Origin: Nemertoderma westbladi
Taxonomy: Eukaryota > Animalia > Xenacoelomorpha
Reading direction: 5' to 3'
Length of the DNA stretch: 48,170 nucleotides
Assembly: GCA_032718475.1 (NCBI GenBank)
Contig: JAUCBJ010002933.1
Location: forward strand, 1 to 48,170
The first letter of the stretch is position 1, and each line of letters starts with the position of its first letter. The position numbers and the translations under genes are program-made. Of the stretch, positions 36,601-47,700 are shown piece after piece. The notes under the pieces were generated by a model. The model saw only the letters and a program-made list of their open reading frames with translations, was not told the DNA's origin and made no database searches.

Positions 36601-37932
36601 AGTGACTTTGGGAACTACAAGCCTAATTATTTCAGGTTCATCGACTATAGTAGGGAGTCTTTTGACCTGGATAAATTGTTCTATGGGTTCTGCACTACCT
36701 AAATCTGTGCTAGTTAGCTGTCTTTTAACAGCGGGGGGCAAATCAGGCAGTTTATGACGGTGAGATGTTTTTCTACGCCTGCTTAGACGAGATCTATTTC
36801 CTCCGCCTTCAGGATCGGTGGTCTTGCCTTCCTCCGATGATGTGTATCCTTGGCGCTTGGGAGTAGATCGACTCATCATCTGCATTTGATTAGCAGTAAA
36901 CTGTTTATTTATACTGTCTTGTGTCTCTTGCAGATTTTCCAACTCCAGTTGGGTAGTCTGCTCAGAGGCTCTCCGTTCTGCTTCGGCCACTGCCCTTTCC
37001 GCCTTTGCTTCTGCCGCCGCTGCCTTTCCTTTTGCTTCTGCTTCTGCCGCTGCTGCCCTTCCTTTTGCTTCTGCTTCTGCCGCTGCTGCCCTTGCTGCTA
37101 TTCTTTCTGCTTCTACTTCTGCCATAGCCGCCGCCTTTGCTGCTTTTCTTTCTGCTTCTGCATCTGCCATAGCCGCCGCCTTTTGTTCCTCTATCCTTCT
37201 TTTCTTTATTTGTTCTTCTCGGACTCTAATGAGGCGGAGTTTTTCATCACATTCAGCTTGGTTTGCAGCTAACATTTCGGCATCGATTGCGTCCAACACA
37301 AGCTTGGTTCCTTCACTATTAGGGGAAAGTCCAGACAGCCGTCTCCTCAACTCTTCGTCTCCTAGGAATCGCTGATAGTCGGACAAATAAATGTCGATAG
37401 CGTCTCTAGTTCGCGGCTTCTCTGCTGATGTTAATTCGCTTTCCACTTCGCTTTCCACCTCGCTTTCCACTTCGCTTTCCACCTCACTTTTCACTTCGCT
37501 TTCCACCTCACTTTCCACTTGAGAAGAAGTGGCGTCGGTTGATTCCCCACAGGCTGGCCGCCCATCATAAACCGTATCCGCCATCTTCGCTCCGCGTTCT
37601 GGCGTCCGCTCAACAGTATCCGAACTACTGGAGCTATCGGGCCGCTGAGAACCAGGTTCTTGGCTAGGAGGTTGCTGCTGTTTTATAGCTTCTTCTTGAT
37701 CCCGCTTGACTTGGGCCCGAGTGCCTATGGCAGACCAACGGCGCTTCACTAACTTCGCAAATTGCGAAATCTTTTCTACCAACCTAGGTTCTGTCACAAC
37801 CACTGCAGGGGTTGCCCTTCTTACAGTATGAGGGGTTTCAGACCTCGGTCTGGGATTCTCTACACTTTGATCTGAGAAACAGGCTGTTGTTTCTAGGAGA
37901 CTATCTGACAGAGTTTGCCTTGTGTCAGCCAT
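33679..37932 (-). CDS. Intact 1417-aa BEL/Pao Gag-protease with only remnants of RNase H and integrase
   Basis: FNGDEMKW gag motif, three Cys/His boxes, LLDSGS protease, then a jump to QWRHC..NPADIASRG and to RPASRLCLLE; no YxDD and no integrase core. Confidence 0.88.
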   Translation of the reverse strand: MADTRQTLSDSLLETTACFSDQSVENPRPRSETPHTVRRATPAVVVTEPRLVEKISQFAKLVKRRWSAIGTRAQVKRDQEEAIKQQQPPSQEPGSQRPDSSSSSDTVERTPERGAKMADTVYDGRPACGESTDATSSQVESEVESEVKSEVESEVESEVESEVESELTSAEKPRTRDAIDIYLSDYQRFLGDEELRRRLSGLSPNSEGTKLVLDAIDAEMLAANQAECDEKLRLIRVREEQIKKRRIEEQKAAAMADAEAERKAAKAAAMAEVEAERIAARAAAAEAEAKGRAAAAEAEAKGKAAAAEAKAERAVAEAERRASEQTTQLELENLQETQDSINKQFTANQMQMMSRSTPKRQGYTSSEEGKTTDPEGGGNRSRLSRRRKTSHRHKLPDLPPAVKRQLTSTDLGSAEPIEQFIQVKRLPTIVDEPEIIRLVVPKVTSVLETPTLPELNSKFPLHSTTLPVPGGTVHANTPVQIAEREINNLSPVVPRQPATMLATPASAVEWVEEGRRGMNLLLGQMQETVHQLKGTVREGRAELQEVQQSIALERDKLVNIQKGIPIPPVTLCQPVRSEVLHAQGVEPTRIYTASEVETPITNPIKGDYRPVINDIPYRSNNDPRNLYTDNSTLNNTMVQESFTRQMARTEARQAVKVGEIVKFNGDEMKWLPFNEYYKDSIQNSVLSNGEKLRFLIKCLEGPPKLMALKFIGHPDGLRQVWDTLNIRYGNKDNIAKYLYAKLVAPRHFLSSGIIEFSDEIQEICRQLDWLGKSHEYQSSMVIGAVVSTLPKGGVCTRWDKKVLYMNEQQRRSPTMADLMSFLDSEVKLQLIRQAREKTSENKVSEKPDSRRRIIPVCYTDDGESQASQEEDSGKDTAKSYYDNKTYKDVSKYKSRTSDRREQVTTTPPTSPKRIHGRKPEERTRVHNVNQVKVSNIKPKCALCDGPHRLSACAEFLKKSPVDRRTVLWNKRLCYNCLRSGHQRRTCYSDAKCAKCGAKHHILLHSEFERDNPSQVSEPELHVQFSDVNDTDQGSEWEGFYTDEFSDANESCYLINTAVYRALTYEKDTTNEFPPTTFDKPPSWKTPTSNVGIREFPVMQVRVHGPNKSYIVNALLDSGSTGTFIDQELAEDIFAGQPKFQTKLNMSGIMQVWKSTITADYYVGALSTPQDKLGAQSIRSVKMVAIRNFATTQADLYNWDEDESIQHLKIPRFQTDYPGVQILIGQNAHEALEPLEKRPAQPQPLQTYAVRTRVGWYFTGPSRRTLEERLPQDRLLQVKDWEEGSSEVDEPTEVTPYSSDNDDINSNVDQWRHCLGTINPADIASRGATPQELIDTPGWLGGSDSLSKEEEEWPPHPTTAEIRQAKGAEKVTQQLNRPASRLCLLERDRKLSGNYRRTQATLPTTTSLIRQISRDSIT

Positions 37933-40178
37933 GTTTGATTGTACAGTCGAATGCCTACTGCTATATTACAGTTAAAGCAAGTCTAGTAATTCAGTATCAC
38001 TGTTAGCCTAATAATTAATTACCGATGCTGCTACTCAGTGTAGCGTGATATATATATAATATATTAGAATACCGATATGCTTATAATATATATATAAGTA
38101 TTATTACAGACTAGATTTGTCACAGAGTACCGGTATATAATTTTAGCACAAATATATATAAATATATAATAGGCCTATCGTGAATACCGGTATACAGCCT
38201 ACACTTATAGTATATAAGTATAATTCTGGACTATAATTAATTACAGAGTACCGGTATGATTTCAGCCTAAATTTATCGAATAAATATAATAAGCCTATAG
38301 TGAGTACCGGTATGTCAATTATTTTAGAATAATTGAATCTCTGAATATTTTAGGGCTACTTGGTTACTTTAACTTACTTTGTTACTGTTATTTAAGCAGT
38401 AGTCCAACTGATAGTGAGACCTAGTTTTTGTATGACAGGCCTACTATTTATAAATCGTTTGATTTGATTTATAATATTTATATACCCGTTTAAATGGGTT
38501 TTTTGTCAATATTTGAAATAAATGTTATTATTTCTGGGGGTCACTACACAGAAGCTGTGCGCTCTCAGTGAAGTGCTATTTATTTGACACTAAAACTGAT
38601 AATTCTAATTTACCTAAGTTACTTAATACTACAAATTACTTACGATATGGGTGAGATTAATTCTCTAATTAAACACAACAAAATATTACGTACGAAATTT
38701 TTAGGGTAATTTTACAGGAAGTCTACAAACCAGTCCAACAAAGGGTTAGATTTCTGGTTATTACAAAGGACAGGGTACTACGGTATTTAAATAATAAGTA
38801 GTAGTAAATATATTGTACTGTCCAGATAGGAAAATACCACCGCCTGACGACCTATAACCGTATCGCTATAGGTACTACGTTATGTATCACGGATTGTTCC
38901 TACCCAGAAGCTAATAGAGCTAACGAATGTGCCTATCAACCACTTTACAACACAAATATACTGCCTACACTAATTACTTCGGATAGCACTGTACACTAAA
39001 CCCTAAATTAGGTACAAGTACCGGTATAACAAATAATCAGTAGTTAAATATACTTGAACAGTTAAAAGAACCACGGCATCTGCTGGAGTGACCGAAGCAC
39101 AAAATCTCCAGTCTTTACCTACGCCGAGCAGCCCTGATGTAGTACCGGGGTTAGTTTAACTATAACGGTATGTATAACAAGCACAATTACTGTAGGAATA
39201 AACTTGGGGACCTGAATGTTGCGAATAATCGCATAAACTCTGAATAATAAATATTACGCTACCCGTACAGAATACTCAAACAAATACAAACCAACTGGCA
39301 GACTACTATCAAGCCTAAACAAACTACAGTATGTGCAGATTCTGAAACTGTTAGTTAGTATGCGTTCTAACACGGTAGTACGACTTATTCTTTAAGAGGG
39401 GATTGACCTTCAGCATATGGCTGCCCCAACTTACTAACGGCACTTGATCAGACCAACTCTACACACGCAGCAATCTCTTCAGACCTAATAATAGCCAGAC
39501 AACAATCCAGCCTACAAAATATCTGAGTAATAACTATTACGGTACCTGAACAGACCACACAAACAAACACAGGCTAAAACACTGGCAGACTACGATCAAG
39601 CCTAAATAAACTACAGTATATGCAGATTCTGAAACTGTTAGTTAGTATGCGTTCTAACACGGTAGTACGACTTATTCTTTAAGAGGGGATTGACCTTCAG
39701 CATATGGCTGCCCCAACTTACTAACTGCACTTTATCAGACCAACTCTACACACACCGTAATCTCTCCAAACTCAACAACAGTCAGACAGCAGCTCAGCCT
39801 ACAATTATCTGAACAATCTGAGCAGGGTCACACGCCTTCTGCTCAATATTAGCCTACTAGTAAATAAAACCGACAGAAATAAGTAAACTATACAAAAGAA
39901 TGAGGGGTGATCAATCCCTATTCCCCTGGCAGCCTACAATATACAATAGATCACAATCGAAATAATACTAAATGTACTTGTACAGCAGTACCGGTACCGG
40001 TGATGACAGTTAGGCCTACTGACCTACAGAAGCACCGGTTCAGTTTTACCGGTCACTACGGTATTTTGCAACCTTATTGCTTACTGCAATAAGATCATAA
40101 CTGTTACTGTTCGACAGAACAGTATTAAACTGTATTTAATGCCTACACTTGCAACCTTATTGCCTACTGCAATAAGAT

Positions 40179-40190
40179 TATAACTGTTAC
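40179..40190 (-). promoter_or_regulatory. Non-tRNA primer-binding site of C, complementary to 40931-40942
   Basis: Minus-strand GTAACAGTTATA abuts the LTR end; its exact complement lies at 40942-40931 inside the LTR. Confidence 0.75.
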
Positions 40191-41423
40191 TGTTCGCGCT
40201 TTTGAAGACCTTTAGCAGTTTAACCTGCCAAATTTTATATGTCTTTTAGTTAATTAACACACCTTTAGCATACGACAATATTTTATGCTAATAAACAAAA
40301 CATTAGCCGAAGCCAGCCCATGCGCGATCATTCACCCGATGGATCTACACCCGGGAGGCTGAATTCGGATGCTTAGATTTTATTATTGCAGTGTAAGGTT
40401 GCAGTGTAAACCTATTGTATTATTCGATAGATCACTAATATGTAATTTCTGACAGATATTATTAACTTTCGGGAAATATTAACAGTTCCTTTAGGACGTG
40501 GCGCTCTATCTATTTAAACAGAGCTAGGACTTATACTAAACGCAACGATAAGGCTTATGATTAAAGTATAAGTCGCATTCTTTAGGAAATGCTTTGTTAC
40601 CAGTCACATCACACTCACAATCATGCACACTATTCTGCAGACAGTCAGTATATTTGATCACACATAAAGAGAGCAGTAATTGACTCACGTAGTGTCTACT
40701 AAATAACATTAGATTCAATACACACCACATTGATATAAATCGCAATTGTTATATATAGCCGGTCTCTCTAACCTGTAGTGTATCAAGAAAATTGGGAATT
40801 TGGGTGATTTATCCGTATTATCCAAAGAGCAATATTTCCATCAACAAATAGGTACAATTAATAACTGACGGTAAATAGCAGTACAAACAATATGATTAGT
40901 GCAGTTAAATTAAGTGAGGTAACACCGCCGGTAACAGTTATACTTTCTATAATCTAAGCAGTTTACTAGAGTTCTTCCCAAAAAGCCGGTGTTTCTGGCT
41001 TAGACAGCAATAACAACAAAGTATCAAGTAAGAGCAGTAAGACTGAACACTCTCCTTATGATCGGCTGAAAAGCTACACGTCGACAGGAAAAATCGCTCT
41101 GATTGGCTCAAGCCAAACAAAGAACCATGCATCCAATGGCTGTTTCCATGTCAGCAACCAGCTGTTAGATGTCGTAATATGAATCATCACGGCTAAGCTG
41201 TGAAAGGTAGTTGGTGCATTACAGGTTTTTTGCCTTACCATGTCCGCCAAAACACGTATATAGCAGAATGACTTTTATGTCCGTTAAAACACCTGTAACG
41301 GTACCTTGCGGGCGAGGGGAATATATATACAGTTAGAGAACCTTTTTAGAGTATTCCAGCGCCTGGGGGGAAACTGGATTGCGAAGCAAAAGGGGCCAGT
41401 TATATCCCACAGAAGCTTTTACA
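40191..41423 (-). repeat. 5' LTR of C (long form, 1233 bp)
   Basis: Minus strand TGTAAAAGC...GCGCGAACA, bounded by the TSD and homologous to the B LTR. Confidence 0.88.
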
Positions 41424-41428
41424 CAAGG

Positions 41429-43508
41429 TGTGGAGCCTACACGCATCTATACTGCTAGCGAAGTAGAAACTCCTATAGTGAACCCTATTAAGGGTAATTA
41501 TAGACCTGTTGATAATGATATTCCATATAGAACTGATCATAATCCGAGAAATTTATATACCGATAACTCGATATTAAATAACACGATGGCCCAAGAAAGT
41601 TTTACGCGTCAAATGGCTAGAACCGAAGCCCGGCAAGCGGTGAAGGTGGGAGAGATCGTCAAGTTCAATGGAGATGAGATGAAATGGTTACCTTTTAATG
41701 AATATTACAAAGATAACATACAGAACTCTGTACTATCTAATGGAGAGAAACTTAGATTCCTCATCGAGTGCTTGGAAGGATCTCCCAAGTTAATGGCGTT
41801 AAAGTTTATTGGACATCCAGACGGATTAAGACAAGTTTGGGATACACTAAACATCAGGTATGGTAATAGGAATAACATCGCTGGGTATTTGTATGCAAAG
41901 TTGGTAGCGCCCCGAAAGTTTATTAGCAGCGGAATTATCGAGTTTTCCGATGAGATTCAGGAGATCTGTAGACAATTAGATTGGCTAGGTAAGTCTCAGG
42001 AGTATCAGAATGCTATGGTTATTAGAGCAGTGGCTTCTACTTTACCGAAGGGTGGGGTAGGTACACGCTGGGATAAGAAAGTGTTATATATGATGGAACA
42101 ACAACGACGAGACCCTACCATGGCTGATCTCATGTCATTCCTAGATGGAGAAGTGAAATTACAGCTCCTGAAACTGTCCAGAGAGAAGACACCGGAAAAC
42201 AAGGTAAGTGAAAAACCCGTCTCTAGGAGAAAGGTAACACCAGTGTGTTATACAGACGACGGCGAAAGCCAGACTTCTCAAGGAGAAGATAGCGGGAAAG
42301 ACACTGATAGATCTTATTATGTCAATAAAATGCCTAAAGATCAGGTAAGTAAATTCAAGTCTCGAGCAAATGACAGGAGAGAACAGGTAAGAAAAACTCC
42401 TCCCACGTCTCCCAAGAGAATTCCGGTGAGAAAGCCCGAAGAAAAGGCAAGTGTACACAATGTGACTCAGATTAAGGTGAGTAACATCAAACCAAAATGT
42501 GCGCTATGTGATGGGACCCATCGCTTGAATATGTGTGATGAATTTCTAAAGAAATCATTAACTGAGAGACGTGAAGTCATGTGGGACAAGCGGTTGTGTT
42601 ATAATTGCCTCAGACAAGGACATCAACGGCGAACCTGTTACTCAGACATAAGGTGTGCAAAGTGCGGTGCGAAACATCATATCTTGTTGCACGCTGAATT
42701 CGAGCGAAATAGTCCGAGTCAGGTAAGTGATTCCGAACTACATGTCCAATTCAGTGATGTGAACGACACTGATCAATCTGAGATGGAAGGATTCTATACG
42801 GATGAGTTCTCCGACGAAAACGAATCCTGTTACATGATAAATACCACAGTGTATTGAGCACTCACATATGAAAAGGATACAGACAGCGACTTCACTCTAA
42901 CTACTTCTGAACGACAACCATCTTGGAAAGAGCCATCTTCCAATGTAGGGATCCGAGAGTTTCCTGTGGTGCAAGTAAGGGTTCACGGACCTAAGAGGAG
43001 TTATGTAGTGAACGCCCTCCTTGACTCCGGTAGTACAGGAACATTCATCGACAAAGAGCTAGCCGAAGATATATTTGCTGGACAACTCAAGTTCCAAACT
43101 AAGCTCAACATGTCCGGCATTATGCAAGTTTGGAAATCTACAATAACAGCGGATTATTATGTAGGAGCGTTGTCCACCCCTCAGGACGAACTAGGAGAAC
43201 ATAGCATAAGGTCAGTGAAAATGGTGGCTATAAAGAACTTCGCTACTACTCAAGCAGACCTTTATAATTGGGACGAGGATGAGAGCATCCAACATCTTAA
43301 CATACCTCGATTCCAGACTGATTATCCAGGAGTGCAAATACTCATCGGCCAAAACGTGCATGAGGCGCTAGAGACATTAGAGAAACGGCCTGCTCAACCG
43401 CAGCCACTACAGACCTATGCGGTAAGAACTAGAGTAGGTTGGTACTTTACTGGCCCTTCCCGTAGAACCCTCAGAGAAAGACTACCACCAGAGAGCGTTT
43501 GCCAGGTA
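41429..43508 (+). pseudogene. Element B gag (continued) and protease
   Basis: ORFs 41379-42857 and 42966-43532 share a frame with one TGA (42855-57, Arg in C); Cys/His boxes and LLDSGS. Confidence 0.9.
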
Positions 43509-44779
43509 CCCAAGGAGGTGAGGTCTCTATAGGGGTGCCTGCAACAGGCGGCGGCGGACTCGCGAGGGTCTGGGGGCACGTTAAATCGACGCTATAGTGC
43601 AAGGGAGTTACTGAAGGCCCTCGTGTCTTGCGAACCATGAATCAACATGGTGCCGTGGTACCGTCTAGTCGGCCTGTTGCCGTACTGCCAGTCCTGTACA
43701 CAGTAGGGGTGGTGGCTTAGTCTGATCTGTGGTTTATGTGGTTTATGTGGTAGGTCTATGTGTGGTATGTATGAGTTGACCAGACTCTTTACTGTCTCCA
43801 ATCGGTTGCCAAAACGTGTCTTTTCCCAGGGTAGCACTATTGGAATGGAGGTGTTGCATCGGAATGGACAGGTTCCTGATGATTCTGTTGGTACTACTAT
43901 TGGAATGGAGGTGGCACCCGGAATATCGGCTGCAAGGAGGGGTTGGTGTTGTAGTGTGGTCCGAGTGAATGATACTCTGGAATCTGTGGTTTGTGTGGGT
44001 ACGTGGTATACGTGAGTGTATGTATGGCCACTGCGAGTGAGTATGGGAACCCTTACCGGTTGGTTCAGTCGCCGCTGGTTATTAGTAGGACCATATTTTA
44101 CTGCGCCCCAGCATACTTTGTGCACACAAAGTTATTTTACCCTGTCGGTAAAATAAAGTACTCTCGACTTTTTATTAGTCGATACAATTTTGTCCCCTCT
44201 GATTTTGTCACCGATTTTGTCTTCCCCGATTATGTCCTCTGTGTGTGTGTGGTATGCGTCAGATTTTGTGTTTAACGTAGTGTACTTGATTTCGTGAGCA
44301 TCTATTGAGTACACGTGTACAGTGACTGGTAAGTGGTTACTTGTTCCTAGCTTTCGAGCTAGTCAGTATTGTTTGCGGAACCGACTTCCCCTCAATACTG
44401 CCGGCGAGGCGGGTGAAAACGTGTCAATATTCCATGCTGGGTAGCGCAAGCCCACATGGGACAAGACCGTCGGTTTGGCTCAAGGGCGACCTTGATGCTC
44501 GATCGCTATCGACTGGTCCACCCACCGGTTGACTCTCTGAGTTGGCTCAATGTACAGTCAGGCCACAGCAAGTTGACAGTAGCCGACCATCTGGCTACAC
44601 CGACGAGTTGTGCCGGTGTGATCGGAGGATTGAAAAGTGAACCCGGGAAGCATCGGGCTACCCTCCGGCCCGGTCTGATAAAAACATCAGTCGGACTGGC
44701 CCCAAGGGTGGTGGGACAGCGTCCGCCTCATGGGTGCGCCTCGGAGTCATCGGAGAGGAGCCCAGAAGGACGCAAGCAT
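43509..44779. mobile_element. Insert D: unclassified 1.27-kb hairpin-rich insertion in B, no TSD
   Basis: Absent from C; removing it gives CAG GTA AGT GAA TGG (QVSEW), colinear with QVKDW in C. Confidence 0.75.
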
Positions 44780-47700
44780 AGTGAATGGGAAGATGATACT
44801 AGTGAGGGAGACGATTTAACTGAGGTAACTCCATACTCCTCAGATAACGACGACATTCACCAGCTTTTTGATGAGGAGAATACCATCGATCTCCTTAAGG
44901 AAAACGAGGCTTGGCAAAACCAAGTGAACTTATGTCAACTTCTTTATCCATCTGAACGAGAAGCTTATAACGACGAGTTAAATGACGTCATTGAGCGTCA
45001 TACTGCCAAGACTCGAGATGAACATGCCGTACGATTCTTTACGCAAGAGGCGGTAGAGCCCAATTCCTACGATAAAGCCTTGTCGGTGGAAGAGGAAAGG
45101 GCCAAGCAGATCCAAGAGACAACTACACGTTTCCTCAAAGATCAAGGTAGGTATGAAGTCGGTCTACCTTTCCGCAAGAAAGAACCGAAGTTCATCAATA
45201 ACAGACCCTTGGCGGAAAAAAGAATCGCGCAACTCCATCGACGCCTTACGGCTAATTCTTCAGCTAAAGCAATGTATCAAACACAGCTGGAGAAATTTAT
45301 TAGTAAGGGATACGCGGAGAGAGTACCGGAAGAAACACCTGTGACTGAAAGAACGTATTACTTAACTCACCATTACGTTCCTAAACCCGGTAAGCCACAT
45401 GAAGTGAGAGTAGTGTTTGATGGCTCCGCTCTTTACATGGGTCAATCCCTTAACTCTGAATTGTTACCCGGACCCAACTTACTTCAATCTTTGTTGGGAA
45501 TTCTTTTAAGATTGAGACAATATTCGATTGCTTTCGCCTCCGATATAGAAGGCATGTTCTTACAAGTCAAGGTGCTAGATAGGGATCGAGATAGTCTACG
45601 ATTTCTGTGGTGGCCCGAAGGAGACCTCAACCAGAAACCGGTGGAGTACTGGATGACCATCCAGGCCTTCGGGATAATCTCAAGCCCTTCCAACGCCTGT
45701 TCGGTAGTGCGTACCACTGCAGAGGACAACCGAGAGGCATTCTCTAAGGAAGTGATCGACAACATCAAGAGAGACATATATATGGACGACAATCTGAAGT
45801 CCCTTCCATCAGTTGAGGAAGCCATTGAGGTCGCTAAAGGAACGGTAGAGTGCTTAAAAAGAGGTGGGTTTCGATTAACGAAATTCACCAGCAACTCCCG
45901 TGAGTTTCTGGAGTCGATCCCTGCGGAAGATCGAGGGGCGAAAGATCTAGATTTGATCAAAGATGATCTGCCAGAAACCAAGACACTCGGCTTGAAATGG
46001 GACACAGAGCGAGATATCCTGTTTTTCCAGCTAAAACAGCGAGATAATCCAGTTCGAACCAAACGGATTTGCTTAAGTATACTGAGCACTTATTTCGATC
46101 CATTGGGATTTATTAGCCCAGTTATATTGATTGCTCGTAGTTTGGTACAACAAATGTGGCTTGAAAACCACTCATGGGACGATCCACTTAAGGGAGAATT
46201 ATTGAAGAAGTGGATGGAATGGGAAGATTCTCTGCCGGCTATCGAGGATTTTATAATTTCCCGTTCATATTTTGGTCATGTTCTCCCTACGTATTCCTAT
46301 CAACTCCATGTGTTTGGAGACGCCAGCGATATGGGAATAGGTATAGTAGCCTATCTAAGAGTGGAAACTCCGGATGGAATCAAAGTCGCCTTGGTTACTT
46401 CTAAGGCATTAATCAACAACAAGTTGAAAGTTCCTCGAGCGGAGTTAAAAGCGGCTCTATACGCTACAGCCATCGGCCGGAATGTAACAGAACAGATTGA
46501 CTATCCATTAGAGAAAACTGTCTATTGGACCGACGCTTTACTCGTGTTAGAGTATATAACCAATGAAGTCTGTCAGTTCAGCGTCTTCGTTACCAACAGG
46601 GTAGCCATCATACTTAGTCGCACGACGATGGACCAATGGAGACATTGCCCCGAAACGATTAATCCAGCAGACATCGCTTCCAGGGGAGCGACTCCAAAGG
46701 AATTGGTAAATACTCCCGAATGGTTAGGAGGACCTGACTTTCTCTACAGAGAAGAAGAAGAATGGCCTCCCCATCTCACCACAGCAGAGATCAGACAGGC
46801 CAAGGGAGCGGAGAAAGTTAAACCCAAAACTCGAGCGAGTAAATCGAAGTTGTTTAAACCTGCGGTTGATCTATCTGTATTATTTACTTCCGGAGAGGAT
46901 GCTTTGGATCAGAAACCCACCGCCACGGATAAAGAAGTCTTGGAAATCCGTGACAAGGATTGGAAATCTGGAATACCAGATATCTCACAAGGACTCTCAC
47001 CTCTCTTGCAGAGAGCGATACGTCACTACAGTTCCTGGAATCGGCTCTGTAAAGCTGTCACCTATTTAAAACGATGTTTTCATCATCGTTACTCCGGGAC
47101 AAAGACCCATAGTGATGATGCTCCATCAACATCTGCACGAGTCCATGTTGTTAAAGACCTTCCCCAATACAAGATATCCGACAGGTTTCTAAAGGAGAAG
47201 ATCAGTTACCAGGAACATGATGAAACCAACAAACAGATGCTGAGACTCCTACAATGTTATGAGGATTCCGATAAGTATTTCCTGTTGTTAAGAAATCCAC
47301 AGATGCGCTTAAGGGATCGCTTCTCTAGTACCATGATAGATGGGTTAATACGTGTTGGAGGTAGGCTGACCAACGCCCCATTATCCTTTGACACTAAGTT
47401 TCCCATCCTCATTAGAAATCTTGACATACAAATCAAGATGATTGTAGATGTTCATAGCAAACTGTACCATGCTGGTAGAGAACGAGTTCTGAGCGAAATT
47501 CGAACTCGCTACTATTTTTATAAACCCCGTAGGGCTCTGAACCAAGTTCTTAGGAACTGCATACCCTGTAGGAAAGCATTCAGTAGGCCTTTGACACAGC
47601 GAGAGGCAGAATTACCTAGGGAAAGAGTAAGCTTTTATGAACCACCCTTTACTAATACCGGTGTGGATTTATTTGGCCCTATTGAAGTATATCGTGCCCG

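Larger units (their letters stand above)
33037..41423 (-). mobile_element. Element C: non-autonomous BEL/Pao element related to B, inserted antisense into B gag
   Basis: TG...CA termini with 5-bp TSD CAAGG at 33032-33036 and 41424-41428; removing it restores B gag HAQG-VEPTRIY. Confidence 0.93.

Noticed and set aside
41379-41428. Start of an independent 492-aa gene
   Set aside because: The first residues come from C's LTR end and the TSD; the rest continues B gag.
43876-43910. Hammerhead ribozyme (CTGATGA)
   Set aside because: No GAAA after a stem II, so the catalytic core is incomplete.
43506-44781. Insert D as a GT-AG intron or group II intron
   Set aside because: Splicing CAG|GT...AG|TGA creates a stop and loses colinearity with C; no GTGCG start or domain V seen.
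45484-46089. 201-aa antisense ORF over RT
   Set aside because: No recognisable motifs; consistent with a shadow of the pol frame.
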